In this document: piece after piece, positions 33,364 through 45,674 of the stretch
Layout: each line of letters opens with the position of its first letter
Position numbering within the stretch: the first letter of the stretch is position 1
From: Alloascoidea hylecoeti
Lineage: Eukaryota
Direction of reading: 5' to 3'
DNA: 64,000 nt
NCBI GenBank assembly: GCA_001600815.1
Contig: BCKZ01000018.1
Location: 124,001 to 188,000 of the forward strand
The notes under the pieces: model-generated
What the model was told of the DNA's origin: nothing
Seen by the model: only the letters and a program-made list of their open reading frames with translations
Databases searched by the model: none
Program-made: the position numbers and the translations under genes

Positions 33364-36300
33364 TGTGATATTGAATTAAATATAATGAAAAAACGATTTT
33401 GGTTTATAAGTTTATTGAGTAAAAAATAATTAAGGTGCACGTGCGTGGTCGAACAATATTATTATTAATTTTATAAAATTCAAAATCCATTTTTTCTACA
33501 CTTTGGAAGTTGTTAAACATTTTTATGGCGAAGGTTTTTCCGACCGGCAAAGGACCATAACAGGCCCAGTCCACTATAGCCACCGTAAATTAGGCATAAT
33601 AATCGGATCCTATATTCGTTATTAACAGTTGCCAGGCATTTCTGTATGTGATTGTTTCATTTCTTACCAATTTCATGCCAACCACATTTAAATTTATTGT
33701 AACAGCCTTTTCAATAATTACAGAAATGCAAGTTTTATTTCTTTCCAGAGACTTATATTTTTTCAAATAATGATAATAAATAAAATGATATAAATCCTAC
33801 ATCCAATTTAAAATAAAATTGGAAAACAGGCCCCTTAACTTTTTAGTTTTTGTGTCGACTTCACCATCTAATTGAACCATCAGTATCTAATATTGTTATT
33901 TATGAATATAGAAACTATCTTTAGTCTAAATTTGAATCAATTTGGGTATATAATTACAAATAGAAGAAGTGGTTTGTTACATTTGAGATTTAATTACTAT
34001 AAAATTGGATAATATTAACATGATTTGTTTATAGTTGACAATATTTTTCTGTGTTTCTCTCCTACATAAGTATAGGTGAATGAAATTCGGTTTAGTGAGC
34101 TCATCAATTCACTATTCTAAACACAACTGTCATTAGAACTCAGTATATATATATGGGTGATATTTTACTATTATAATCCTCACAGAGTAATCAAATCAAC
34201 ATTCTAACAAAATATGGATATCATAGTAAAGTAACTTTTTTGGTTGTTTTTTTCTCAATATATTTACACTTAGATAATTTATTAGAATTATAAATATATT
34301 TATATTATTTAAGCACTTTCGGGTAGCGCTGTAATTCCAAGCCTTCAATTTTTTCTCTTTACTTGTAATTTCGGTGGAAATTTGTTCTTTCTTTTACATC
34401 CAATTCAACTCTTGACACCTCCCTAGTTCCTCAATTAAAACTGATTCATCTTCTTCATCAATTGAACCATTATTCTTTTCATAACTATAATCAGTTTCAG
34501 TTGAATTTAAAGTCTCAAATTTCACTTTAGATAAAATACATTTCTTTTTTAGCATTTAATAATTACTAAAATCTACTTATTCTAATAATTCTGATAACAA
34601 ATGCGTGATATTCTTTCTTGTAAAAACTGTTGGACTGTAACTTATATGTCCGAGCGCTTAGAGTATGGAGTCAGTATTGTTCCAGGCTATCGACTCGACT
34701 CTCTCTTTTTTGTCTTTGGAAAGTTGTATGTAACTACACGTAGTACCCTGCCCAGAAGTTGGGATTCCATTTTAAATAGTTTTTAAGGGATCCTCGAGTA
34801 CTGTCAGCCAAACATGGAAATCATCATCAGATATCTCGTGTTTTCAATCTTCCCTAATATGCTTAATAGGTCTCTGTCGTAAGCTCAGTGGATCTACATA
34901 TACCGTTCAGATAAGTCCTGTCACAAATAGAGATCAGTTGTTTTAAGATCATTCTCAATCTCGTTGGCTTTGCTGTCATCTTTATATTAGATTTAGTATG
35001 GATATCAATTAATGTATTAAACTTGTTACAGATATCTTGATATGGGTATTGATTGACTCGAATTTTTTAATAATTGTATTAAAAGGTGTTCAGAAATTCC
35101 TTAACAGGGATACACAAACTATTTAGTTATATAGGTGTTTTGTGATTGTGTATTATAGCTCAAATAGAAACCTATATTTGTAACAGAGATAAAGAATCAC
35201 TTTGTTTAAGTCTTCATATACTTTCACATCTTTTTTATTTTTACCCAACATCTGTGAACTTCGATCACACCTATATTAATTTTTTTTAATAAGGCCAGAT
35301 ATAATATTCAGGTCATAACACCTTATCATAAACTTTCCTACTTTCTACATTGCACTGCAGAAACCTTATACCATATACTTTTTATGTTTTAGGACTTTCT
35401 AGTACTTTTTGATTTTAAAATCATTATTTGAATCTTCAAATATTTAATGTTTTTAATAAAAATGAATATGATAATTTTGTCTTTTATCTGCTTAATTATT
35501 GATTTTATTAATAAAAATTAATAACCATCATTTTTATTGGTATTCTAGAAAAATTAGACTCCATGCCTGGAACTAATAATGATATGTATAAATTCTTAAT
35601 AAATAATTATAAGATTAAAATTGACTTTATTCAGATACATTCTAATAACTATAATTTATTCATCGAACTGAACTGAAAGATTTCACAACTTTAAATGGTA
35701 TGTTATAAAAACTAACGCTTTTTTAAAAATTAACATATTTAAAAATCTCTGTAAGAAAAAATCGAATGATACGCCAGGAAAGGGGCAATAACCTCACGAT
35801 CAGTGGATAATATTATCTGATCAAGGATTCACGTAATGGTATGGTCCGTAACAACTTAACTTTTTAAAAAAGCCATTTCTGATCCAAACAGGTTAATATG
35901 AAAACTAAAAAACATCACGGAAACTGAAAAAGGCTCGAAATAAGGAAGATGTTACTCTAGAAAGTCGGTCATTTCCAGAGAAAATTTTGCACTAACACCT
36001 AATATAAGCTGATCATTTATACATCCTGTTTCATCTGTGTTCTAGATGTTCCCTTTATTGTAGTGATATTTATTAAACAACCAAGGTAATCATTTGTACG
36101 GATACGGCGCCTCTTCTCTGTTCGAAACAGAGAATATACAGGTATTCAACAAAAAACGAATATTCATATGATGAAGGAATACCATCAAGACTCAAAGAAC
36201 GAAGATTAGAAGAAAAAGTAGGGAAATATCAAGAAGGTTTACAAGAAGAGGACCCTATGGATTCATCTGTTTATCTTGGGCATATTTTACCCAGGCAAAC

Positions 36301-37129
36301 TTCACAAGTTTTTTGAACCAATTTCTTTTAAACTTATCATCAACAAGATTTCATTGAGGGGATAAATTGCAAAATATAATTATATTATAAAATGAAGTTT
36401 CTTATAATCACCTCTAGCTATATAAATATATATTAAACTCTATGTTTTTAAATATATGAATTAGTAAATAGATTTTTTATATGTAATATATCAGACATGT
36501 ATCGAACCAGTTGCGTCACAAAGCCATATGACCTTAATATTATTTAGCTAACAAATATCAGGTGTTGGAATACAATCAACTAAAAACACATTTCTCTAAA
36601 TTTCACTTCCCAGGTCTAAGAATTTTTTGAGAGATAGGCAGCAATTGTAATATATAAGCTTTTATGAGTCCTTAATAATTAATTATACTCTTTATATTGT
36701 GTAAGCGCCATTCATATTCAAATTTGAAAGAAATTGAAATTCCAAATGTAAATATTTATATATTATAACATTACTTTTGATTCCATTCGAATATAATCCT
36801 CCATAATTTAAGCTTTAATCCATGCAAATGGTTCACCGAAGGTATTTATAGCTACATGTGTATCCAAATGGTGGATAACCATATGCTTACCAATCCAATC
36901 GTGAGACTTTCCTCTATAGGTGTTGAATTGGTAGTAATAGACTCAAGCTCACAATTGTGAGCCATCCAGGAATAGCATATCTACTTGAGAATAGTTTTGT
37001 TGAGGATTTAGGTGAGCATATGTGGGTGGGGGTTAAGTAGTTACAATTGGTGATAGAGATAAACGTGTTGGATGTGTATTTGTGTATTACCTGGGTGAAA
37101 GATTGTGATGTAATAGCTCTTCTAGAACT

Positions 37130-37474
37130 TTAAGTCGGACCAGGGGAAGTTTCATTAGTTTTGCTAACAATATCAGCTAATGCGAAATCTATAGGAGGAA
37201 CATATCTAGGAGTGGTGTAAATTAATATCTCCCCTATACTTCTAGTTCTCAAGTTAAAATTAACATTTGGATCTCTCGATTGGACTATCCTCCATTTCCA
37301 GAACTGNAGTGCGTCCTTCCGGTTTCGAAAGCTGATTAAAGATTCTTTCCAAAATACTCCACACTTATTACAAACTCTGGTCATATTTAATTTGAGATCA
37401 GGACCTTCTTCCATTTTGTGTTGTTCTTTTTCACCACATAGAGGGCATATTGCAGATCTAGAAGTATTTCCCAT
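37130..37474 (-). CDS. Divergent GATA-type zinc-finger protein (Gat3-like), left copy
   Basis: CPLC-x21-CNKCGVFWK with EGPD, resembling the fungal GATA pattern CxxC..WRxGPxG..LCNACGL. One N at 37307. Confidence 0.55.
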   Translation of the reverse strand: MGNTSRSAICPLCGEKEQHKMEEGPDLKLNMTRVCNKCGVFWKESLISFRNRKDAXQFWKWRIVQSRDPNVNFNLRTRSIGEILIYTTPRYVPPIDFALADIVSKTNETSPGPT

Positions 37475-38010
37475 TTCTCTAAATCTAATATAATTATATT
37501 TTTAACAGTTAAATGATTCACACAAGATTATATGTAGAAATAAAAAATCAACCTTACGCTTATATTTTTCTGCAGCAGTTTCCACTCTCAGCTGTTTATA
37601 AAATGTTGTGCATATTTGGTGCGCGTCACCAAATTTGAGTAACTTTTTTTCTGCGAAATTTTGGTCTCCAGGAATATCCGTGGAACTATAGCAATCACTT
37701 GTAAATGTTGCTAGATTTAGGGGTCTAGATAGAAAGAAAGAGAGTCAAAAATTTTGACTAAGAAGTGCAAAAATTATTTTAGAATGGGGTCATTTTATCT
37801 ACCTTTTGTTGATTTTACAAAATATATGTGAAGTGATTTTGGTGTTGTGATCACTCATTCAAAATGAGTGACGTGCATGGTATAACTTTTTTTTTTTTTA
37901 AGAAAGCTAAGAGTGGAAACTGCAGAAGAATGGAAATACAAGGTTGATTTCTTATTTTTCCATATAATTTAACTGTGTAAAAATAGTTATATATATATAG
38001 ATTTAAAGAA

Positions 38011-38358
38011 ATGGAAAATACTCGGAGAACTGAAATATGCCCTCTCTGTGGTGAAAAGGAAAAACTACACAAAATAGAAAAAGGTCCTGATCTCAAATTA
38101 AATATGACCAGAGTTTGTAATAAGTGTGGAGTATTTTGGAAAGAATCTTTAATCAGCTTTCGAAACCGGAAGGACGCACTNCAGTTCTGGAAATGGAGGA
38201 TAGTCCAATCGAGAGATCCAAATGTTAATTTTAACTTGAGAACTAGAAGTATAGGGGAGATATTAATTTACACCACTCCTAGATATGTTCCTCCTATAGA
38301 TTTCGCATTAGCTGATATTGTTAGCAAAACTAATGAAACTTCCCCTGGTCCGACTTAA
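38011..38358 (+). CDS. Divergent GATA-type zinc-finger protein (Gat3-like), right copy
   Basis: CPLC-x22-CNKCGVFWK; identical to the left copy from GPD to the stop. One N at 38181. Confidence 0.55.
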   Translation: MENTRRTEICPLCGEKEKLHKIEKGPDLKLNMTRVCNKCGVFWKESLISFRNRKDAXQFWKWRIVQSRDPNVNFNLRTRSIGEILIYTTPRYVPPIDFALADIVSKTNETSPGPT

Positions 38359-40734
38359 AGTTCTAGAAGAGCTATTACATCATCTTTCACCCAGGTAATA
38401 CACAAATACACATCCAACACGTTTATCTCTATCACCAATTGTAACTACTTAACCCTCACCCACATATACTCACCTAAATCCTCAACACAATTATTCTGTG
38501 CCCCATGCTACTGATATGCTCCACAATACTAATTACAATATCCATGGAACACTTTCTAGATGGACATCGACATCGACTATGAGATCCAGAGACGCCAATA
38601 TAATGTCTAGATCTATTAACGATGTAACTTCCTATTTGGAAATAGTATACCGGTATAGGCCTATACTTATACATAGAGGGAATCATTTCTCTTATCATCA
38701 ACCCGTGCAGTACCGATCATAGTTACATCTATTCTTAACCATGTAAGTTCATGACCATCAACCTCAATTGCCGCAAACAAATAGTTTAGAATAATAGTTT
38801 AGAATATACCACAGTCATGACGAAAAATGCTTCTTGTAGTTACAGACTAATTTCCGTTGATATTATAGGCTATCATCAAGTAGATATAGTATTCCTGGGC
38901 CGACCACATGTGAACTAGAGCCTATTACTATTTGGACATAGCTATTAATATTTTGGTGAACCATTTGCATGGCTTGAAGCTTATATTATGGAGACTTGTA
39001 CTTATATTTATATGTAATTAAATATAATGTTATATAAAGATTTACAGTGCTCATAAAGTCAAAAATATTCTTTTCCATGTTAAAAGTTAGAAACCCCAGG
39101 AAGTAAATTTAGCTTTTCATATTATACCTAACTACATTTTCATAGTATTGTGTTATTAATTCAAGGTTTGAAATTGTATATGGGCGCCGGATTTACCGCA
39201 AAATCAATATTGATGTATCTCACTAAACTCCCTGGCTTGTGTATTCAGCTAACAATCTAAGGCTATATTAAGACATACATGTGTGCAATCATGTAACTTC
39301 TAAAATATAGATTCAAATCTAATTAAAACATGAACTTTAATGTTATTATACTAATCACATTATATATAATATTAGATTTAGTAGATTAGATATCCATTTC
39401 CTTCTTTCAAAAAGCGTAAATTGTTATACTAAGTATTTAAAGAAAAATAAATTCAGCTAATTATCATACAACCTAGACCTGCTCTTAAGATATTTGGATT
39501 TAGATTTTGTGTCAAAAACTTCTTATATATACAGGCTATAAGCTATTTCTCATTGACTAGCTAACCTCATTTTTCTAAGAAGAATATACTAATCGTTATA
39601 TATCAGAAGCAAATGGAATAATTTCATCCGATTCCTATTAACTAAATGACTTGTGACATGGTTTTATAAAGATCAAAACTATGAAGTATCAAGCATGAAA
39701 TGGTTAGACATACTACAAACTAGTACTCGATTATTTATAATACACATCATAAATCTATTTATTAACTCTTAAGGTTATAAAAAGATCTCACTACTTTTTT
39801 GGTTTATAATTACTTCACATGTATGTATTAATCTCCAGTTGGGTTTCATATCAGTTCCCACTATAGTTAAAATTTCTTTTTTTGTTTGACTTCAATTATA
39901 ATGGCATTGATCCAAAATCTTCTTATGTTTCGCATATTTCTAATTGTTTTACTGATATTATTTACTATTATTATTGCTCCTGTATATTGTCTTCAAGCAT
40001 TAAATTAATAATATTTGAAACTTGTAATCCTTCATATTTAAAGGTCGAAACCCCCCAGCAGTTCTATGTAAGTATGTAATTATAAAAGGACTATATGCAT
40101 AGTTACAGTACCTTATTAGCTAGCCAGGTTTAATACAACATTTCCTCTGTAATATTGGAGAATAGGGCTTAGATCCATTTTCTAATACCATAGGTTATGT
40201 TCCTAACAGGATACTAAGTTAACATAATATAACATAATATCATATCGTGGATGATTGGACATTTGGCATGAAAAAAGTGATTAACATTGTTATGGGTTCT
40301 GGTATATTGTATGTTCCATCATTTAGCAAACTTACCTAGTCACCAACTAAAACAATTCGGAATATAAGGTTAATATGCAGAATGTCACCTTTTTATAACT
40401 ATGTCACTTGTTTTCTAATTATACTTGGATCCGGGTGCTATATATTAAGAATGTAGACCGTACCTAGGGATTAAGGTTCAGGAAATGGTTATTTTATATC
40501 TCTATTACTATAATATTTAATTTATAATTAGGTTTCTTACGAATATGTATTCAATTTTTAGTTGTCCAACCCCCAAGTATAATATTTAATCTTTGATTAT
40601 AAAGAAAATCATTCAAAATATTTGCAATTGGATAAATATAGCCGGACGCGAAGGTGATGCAATTTTTTTAAATGCTCCCCTAAAAAAAGAAGTATAGCTT
40701 AGAATAACTGCTAGGATTGTAATATATAGCTCGT

Positions 40735-40935
40735 TTTTTTTTATGGTTAGTTAGTAATGAAAGTGGAAATAAAGGTAAAATTAATTCAGATTAATATAGT
40801 TCAAGTTATTTATGCATATTAAATAGTCAATTTCATTGAAAAGGTAAACTCGGCATAAAGTCTGTTTTCCTATTCTCAGATGTTAGACTTACTTAAATAT
40901 CTAACTAAAGCTAAAAAAATTGTCATCATAATTAT
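40735..40935. repeat. Dispersed ~200 bp repeat, copy 1
   Basis: Core aaggtaaactcggcataaagtctgttttcctattctcagatgttagacttacttaaatatc is shared with the copies at 50.7 kb and 53.0 kb. Confidence 0.85.
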
Positions 40936-41601
40936 TTTATACCTAATAAGAAGGAACTAATATCTCCATGGATAAAGCAGCCAATACTTATCAAGTTATA
41001 AGTAGCCTTTACACGCCATTTGGCCACTATGAATGGAAGGGTCTGCCCTTTGGACTAACTAACGGTATTCGCAGATTTTGTAAAGAACGTATATCTCATA
41101 TACTTCCTTAGATACAAAGCCTTAGCCATAAATTGACGTTTCTTTTCTTTGTTTAAGATTTTATTTATCATGGATCGATCTTTCGATGCATTGTTAGAAT
41201 CATTTAATAGTCTAGTGTCTTCATCAAACAAATCTCAATAGCTAATGCCAACTTTACCATGCATATATCTTATATAATTCGTTAAGTTCAGCACCATTAT
41301 CCATTTGCAATGATATAATAATAGAGTATAACGGGTAATCTGTGGGAAGTATCACGGGGAAAACTAGAGCAAAGCTAACCAATGTGGTCAGACTAGGAAC
41401 ACATGAGAGGAGTCGGAAGCAGAGACTATGGAGACTAATCATATAATAACCGTATAACTGAGAACATGCGTAGAAACCAGCACTAGTATATCTACCTTAT
41501 CATGCATTTATTCAATGAACCGTTCGAATGCTTTTGTGAAAAGAATTCTTTTTTCCATACTATTTTTCGTAAATCCTGTAAAGCTTACCTAGCAAAAAGT
41601 A

Positions 41602-41674
41602 TGCCTCAAGTCGGATTCGAACCAACGATCTTAACATTACTAGTGTTACGCCTTACCAACTTGGCCATCAAGGC
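41602..41674 (-). tRNA. tRNA-Thr(AGT)
   Basis: Exact reverse complement of 42394-42466; cloverleaf with anticodon loop CT-AGT-AA and a downstream T-run terminator. Confidence 0.95.
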
Positions 41675-41679
41675 TTTGT

Positions 41680-42319
41680 NNNNNNNNNNNNNNNNNNNNN
41701 NNNNNNNNNNNNNNNNNNNNNNNNNNNNNNNNNNNNNNNNNNNNNNNNNNNNNNNNNNNNNNNNNNNNNNNNNNNNNNNNNNNNNNNNNNNNNNNNNNNN
41801 NNNNNNNNNNNNNNNNNNNNNNNNNNNNNNNNNNNNNNNNNNNNNNNNNNNNNNNNNNNNNNNNNNNNNNNNNNNNNNNNNNNNNNNNNNNNNNNNNNNN
41901 NNNNNNNNNNNNNNNNNNNNNNNNNNNNNNNNNNNNNNNNNNNNNNNNNNNNNNNNNNNNNNNNNNNNNNNNNNNNNNNNNNNNNNNNNNNNNNNNNNNN
42001 NNNNNNNNNNNNNNNNNNNNNNNNNNNNNNNNNNNNNNNNNNNNNNNNNNNNNNNNNNNNNNNNNNNNNNNNNNNNNNNNNNNNNNNNNNNNNNNNNNNN
42101 NNNNNNNNNNNNNNNNNNNNNNNNNNNNNNNNNNNNNNNNNNNNNNNNNNNNNNNNNNNNNNNNNNNNNNNNNNNNNNNNNNNNNNNNNNNNNNNNNNNN
42201 NNNNNNNNNNNNNNNNNNNNNNNNNNNNNNNNNNNNNNNNNNNNNNNNNNNNNNNNNNNNNNNNNNNNNNNNNNNNNNNNNNNNNNNNNNNNNNNNNNNN
42301 NNNNNNNNNNNNNNNNNNN
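41680..42319. other. Assembly gap (640 N)
   Basis: Run of N. Confidence 1.
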
Positions 42320-42393
42320 GCTTTGTAACGCATCATGTCATATTATGCATTCATATGCTAGAATATGCATGTCAGACGCTGCATGCATACAAA

Positions 42394-42466
42394 GCCTTGA
42401 TGGCCAAGTTGGTAAGGCGTAACACTAGTAATGTTAAGATCGTTGGTTCGAATCCGACTTGAGGCA
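42394..42466 (+). tRNA. tRNA-Thr(AGT)
   Basis: GCCTTGA/TTGAGGC acceptor stem, D-arm GCCAAGTTGGTAAGGC, anticodon arm TAACA-CTAGTAA-TGTTA, T-loop TTCGAAT, followed by a TTTTTT Pol III terminator. Confidence 0.97.
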
Positions 42467-44385
42467 TATTTTTTCATATCCAATTAGTCAGAAATATTAT
42501 GGCAAATGCGGGTTCATAGATTCAATTCTATGTGAATTAAAAACAGACTCTGAGTCCATCATTCGTTTAGCAAATATGGAACAGCGAAAGCTAATTCTTC
42601 GATACAAATAAATATATCATTAAGATATGGTTGTATCGTCAGGGTATAGTTATAACAATTTATTCAAATAATTCTCTACTTATAGTTTTAATCTTCTTAT
42701 AGAATTTATAATTAAACGATAAAGTAAAAAAAAAAATTTATTATTTTATTATGTCATACGGTGCTAATCATTAATCTAGATTTTATAAGTTGTGTTATGC
42801 AAACATTATTGTGTTACCTTGTGTTACAATTTACGTTTCATCCTCAGTGTGTCATGTCAGTTGTATTCCTCAGTGACGCTAACTATAATACAATTTATAA
42901 TAAAAGATATATCAGTAATACTCTATATGGATATATGTAGGTATTCAGCTTCATGTGAAAATCTTACTATAGTAAATATTTTTTTTTTTCGGCTGAATTA
43001 TTACGTTATCATTGGCAAAACTTCTTGTGCTAAGGAGATCAAATTCTGTTAGAATATACAGTTAATCAACATTCAAAGTACATATCAAATATAAGACAAA
43101 TACATTGTGACAATTTGTAAGCTGTAAAGTAAAATGATAATATCAACGTCAAATTAATTTGAAAGTATTAACTATAATGGTTTAATTTCTTAACCAATTG
43201 TAATATCAAAACAATCTGTCAAAAAAAAAAAAAAGTAAAATTTAAAGTATAATAACAAATAAAGGACAATTTTTTTTTTTATTTTTTTATATATATTCTT
43301 CTTATAAAGTAAAATTTTCACAAAAAAAAAAGAGATTAAAACCATTAAGCTAAAAAAATCCCGATTCCGAAAAAAGAAAATTAGCAATATACCGGTAATA
43401 GATTTTAAATTATATAATGAAAAAAGATAAAAAGATAAATAAACAGGAAGGCAAAAAAATATATAAATATAGCTAAAAAAAATCATTTTGATGTTTAAAA
43501 AAAACAATATATACCAAATTCAAATTCAAGTTCAAATTCAAATTCAAATTCCATAATCAACAAAAATTATTGGGTATTGTAATTGATATCACAATAGTTA
43601 AAAAAAACTTCATCCTTAATTCACAACTTTTTTTAAAATATAAAAATAAAATGAAATAAAATAAACAAAATAAAAATTTAATTCTTTTTTTTCGTTTCTT
43701 TTTCCTTAATATGATAATAACAATGATATAAGTGATAAATAATAATTATAAGTAAAATACAATGTCATTGTTCAAAAAACTTTAAAGTGTATGTATAATA
43801 ATAATTCATTGAGTTGATTATATGCTTTTTTTCACAATTCAATTTGTTTGAGTCTTATGTAAATGGGAAAAAAAAAATTGAAACGCCAAAATCTTTGAAA
43901 CTTGAAAGAAAAATTGTTAACTGTTTAATTAATTAGTTATAATAATTCCTTCTCATAAAAAAACTCATCATGAAGCCGTTAAGTTTAAAACCTATTAAAT
44001 AGAAGTAGTAAGTAAGTAAGTAAGTAAGTAAAAATAAGTAAATAATAATAGTATAGGTAAGGGTAATCAGCAAAAAATATTAAAAAGAAAGAGATACTCA
44101 AGGAAAAAAACAATTATGAGTAAATTCAATTCAATTTAATTTAATTCAATTAAAAACCGTTAGTTAACATAAAAAAACTTTTTTTAATAATATTTTTTGA
44201 ATTTTGAATTTTGAAAAAAATAATGTTTTAATTTTTTAAGAAAAAAAATGTTTGGTTGATGATAAATAAAATGAATAATATTATAACAAGGTTTACATGC
44301 AATGATAATGATTCCAAATGCTTCTTCAATCTCTCTTCAATATATCAATATTCAACATAAACATTAACAATAACAATGATAAAAT

Positions 44386-45674
44386 TTAACAACTCCAAAT
44401 AGAAGTTGAAGAATTTAAATTATTATAATTATTACTTGATGTATTAGAATTTGGTGTTCCTTTTCCATTACTACCCCAAATATTTGATGACCAAGTAAGC
44501 ATATTTTGTCCACAAATATCATTTAATGAAGTTGAAGTGTTTGATGGTGTTGTAGTTGATGAAAAATTAAAAAGCATTGAATCAGTGACTGATTTATTAG
44601 TAGTTGGAGTGAAAATAACAGATGCAGGAGAATTTGAATTTAGATTTATATTTGAATTTAAATCTTTTGGTGAAAATAAATCTAAGCTATCCATTGTTGA
44701 AACTGGGGAAATTTCATTAATACTATTTTGAGTTGTATTAATATTTTGAATTTGATTATTAACAATGTTATTTTGATTAATTTTAATAGAATTATTATTA
44801 TTTTTTGAATTAAAAATAATATTATTATCTAAAGAAAATGAACTGGTTGTTGTACTTGTTGTACTGGAAAAGATCGACCCGTCATTTGATCTATTTCCAG
44901 TAGAAATGCGAGATAAATCAGATCTACCACCAGTTGCGGTTGATTCAATAGCAGAAATTGGACTTGATGATCCAGAAGTAGTTGAGGCACCAATGCATGA
45001 TGCTGATCCTGCAGTGTTAAATAATTTTGAATTTGAGTTAGAATAATAAGCATTTGATTTCCAATTACCAGAAGCCGTTAACGTTGTTGTTTCAAATTTA
45101 TTATTGATTGGAGAAATACAACGATCATCACGATCAGATGGACGTGGCAATAATGGTGATGATACAGAAGTAGGGTTGAACACAAACTTCCGTTGGGTGC
45201 CGATCATCGGGGTGGACAAGTTTTGAACCTGAAACTGATTATTATTGTTGTTGTTGTAACGTTGACCCTGTTGTTGTGACTGAATGCGATGTTTCTGCTG
45301 TTGTTGTGGTTGTTGCTGCCCAACCCATCCATTATTATATGTGTTGTAGTTGATAGCAGCAACTGGAGTAACAGGTCTACGTACTTCCTGAACACTTGGC
45401 AAATGTTGTTGAATAGATCTGTGTTTTCGAATATTCGAAGATTGTTGTTTCATCATTTTAATGGCACTTTCGATATCTAGATCATAAAATTAGTATAAAA
45501 ATTAGGATAAAAATTAGGATAAAGATATACTATAAATAACTTACCGTCAAGTTGAGAAGAAAAAGGTTGAGAAACGGGAGCTGGGGCGGAGAGATTTGAA
45601 TGCCCATAATTTTCTAGATGAGTCTGACGAGAACGAGAGTTTTCACGGGAAGAAGAAGCATAATAGATAGACAT
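44386..45674 (-). CDS. Low-complexity Asn/Gln/Ser-rich protein, YBL081W-like, two exons (~406 aa)
   Basis: Exons 45674-45545 and 45476-44386, intron GTAAGT..TACTAAT..CTAG. Spliced VSQPFSSQLDDIESAI and terminal NIWG...SIWSC resemble the recalled short motifs of YBL081W. Confidence 0.7.

Larger units (their letters stand above)
36596..39112. repeat. Imperfect inverted repeat: arms about 36596-37640 and 37850-39112, spacer about 210 bp
   Basis: Reverse-complement matches: ctaaatttcacttcc/ggaagtaaatttag, catgcaaatggttcacc/ggtgaaccatttgcatg, ccaggaatagcatatctacttga/tcaagtagatatagtattcctgg, the two ORFs and their promoters. Confidence 0.9.

Noticed and set aside
34560..35160. A specific gene call for the GC-richer minus-strand stretch
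   Set aside because: Two different frames read equally protein-like and no family is recognisable; noted only as decay within the gene-poor block.
41502..42422. Track ORFs 41502..42422 and 41668..42336
   Set aside because: Artefacts of translating through the N gap and the tRNA genes.
43190..43507. 105-aa Phe/Ile/Lys-rich ORF
   Set aside because: Product of poly-A/T tracts in the long AT-rich region downstream of the YBL081W-like gene.
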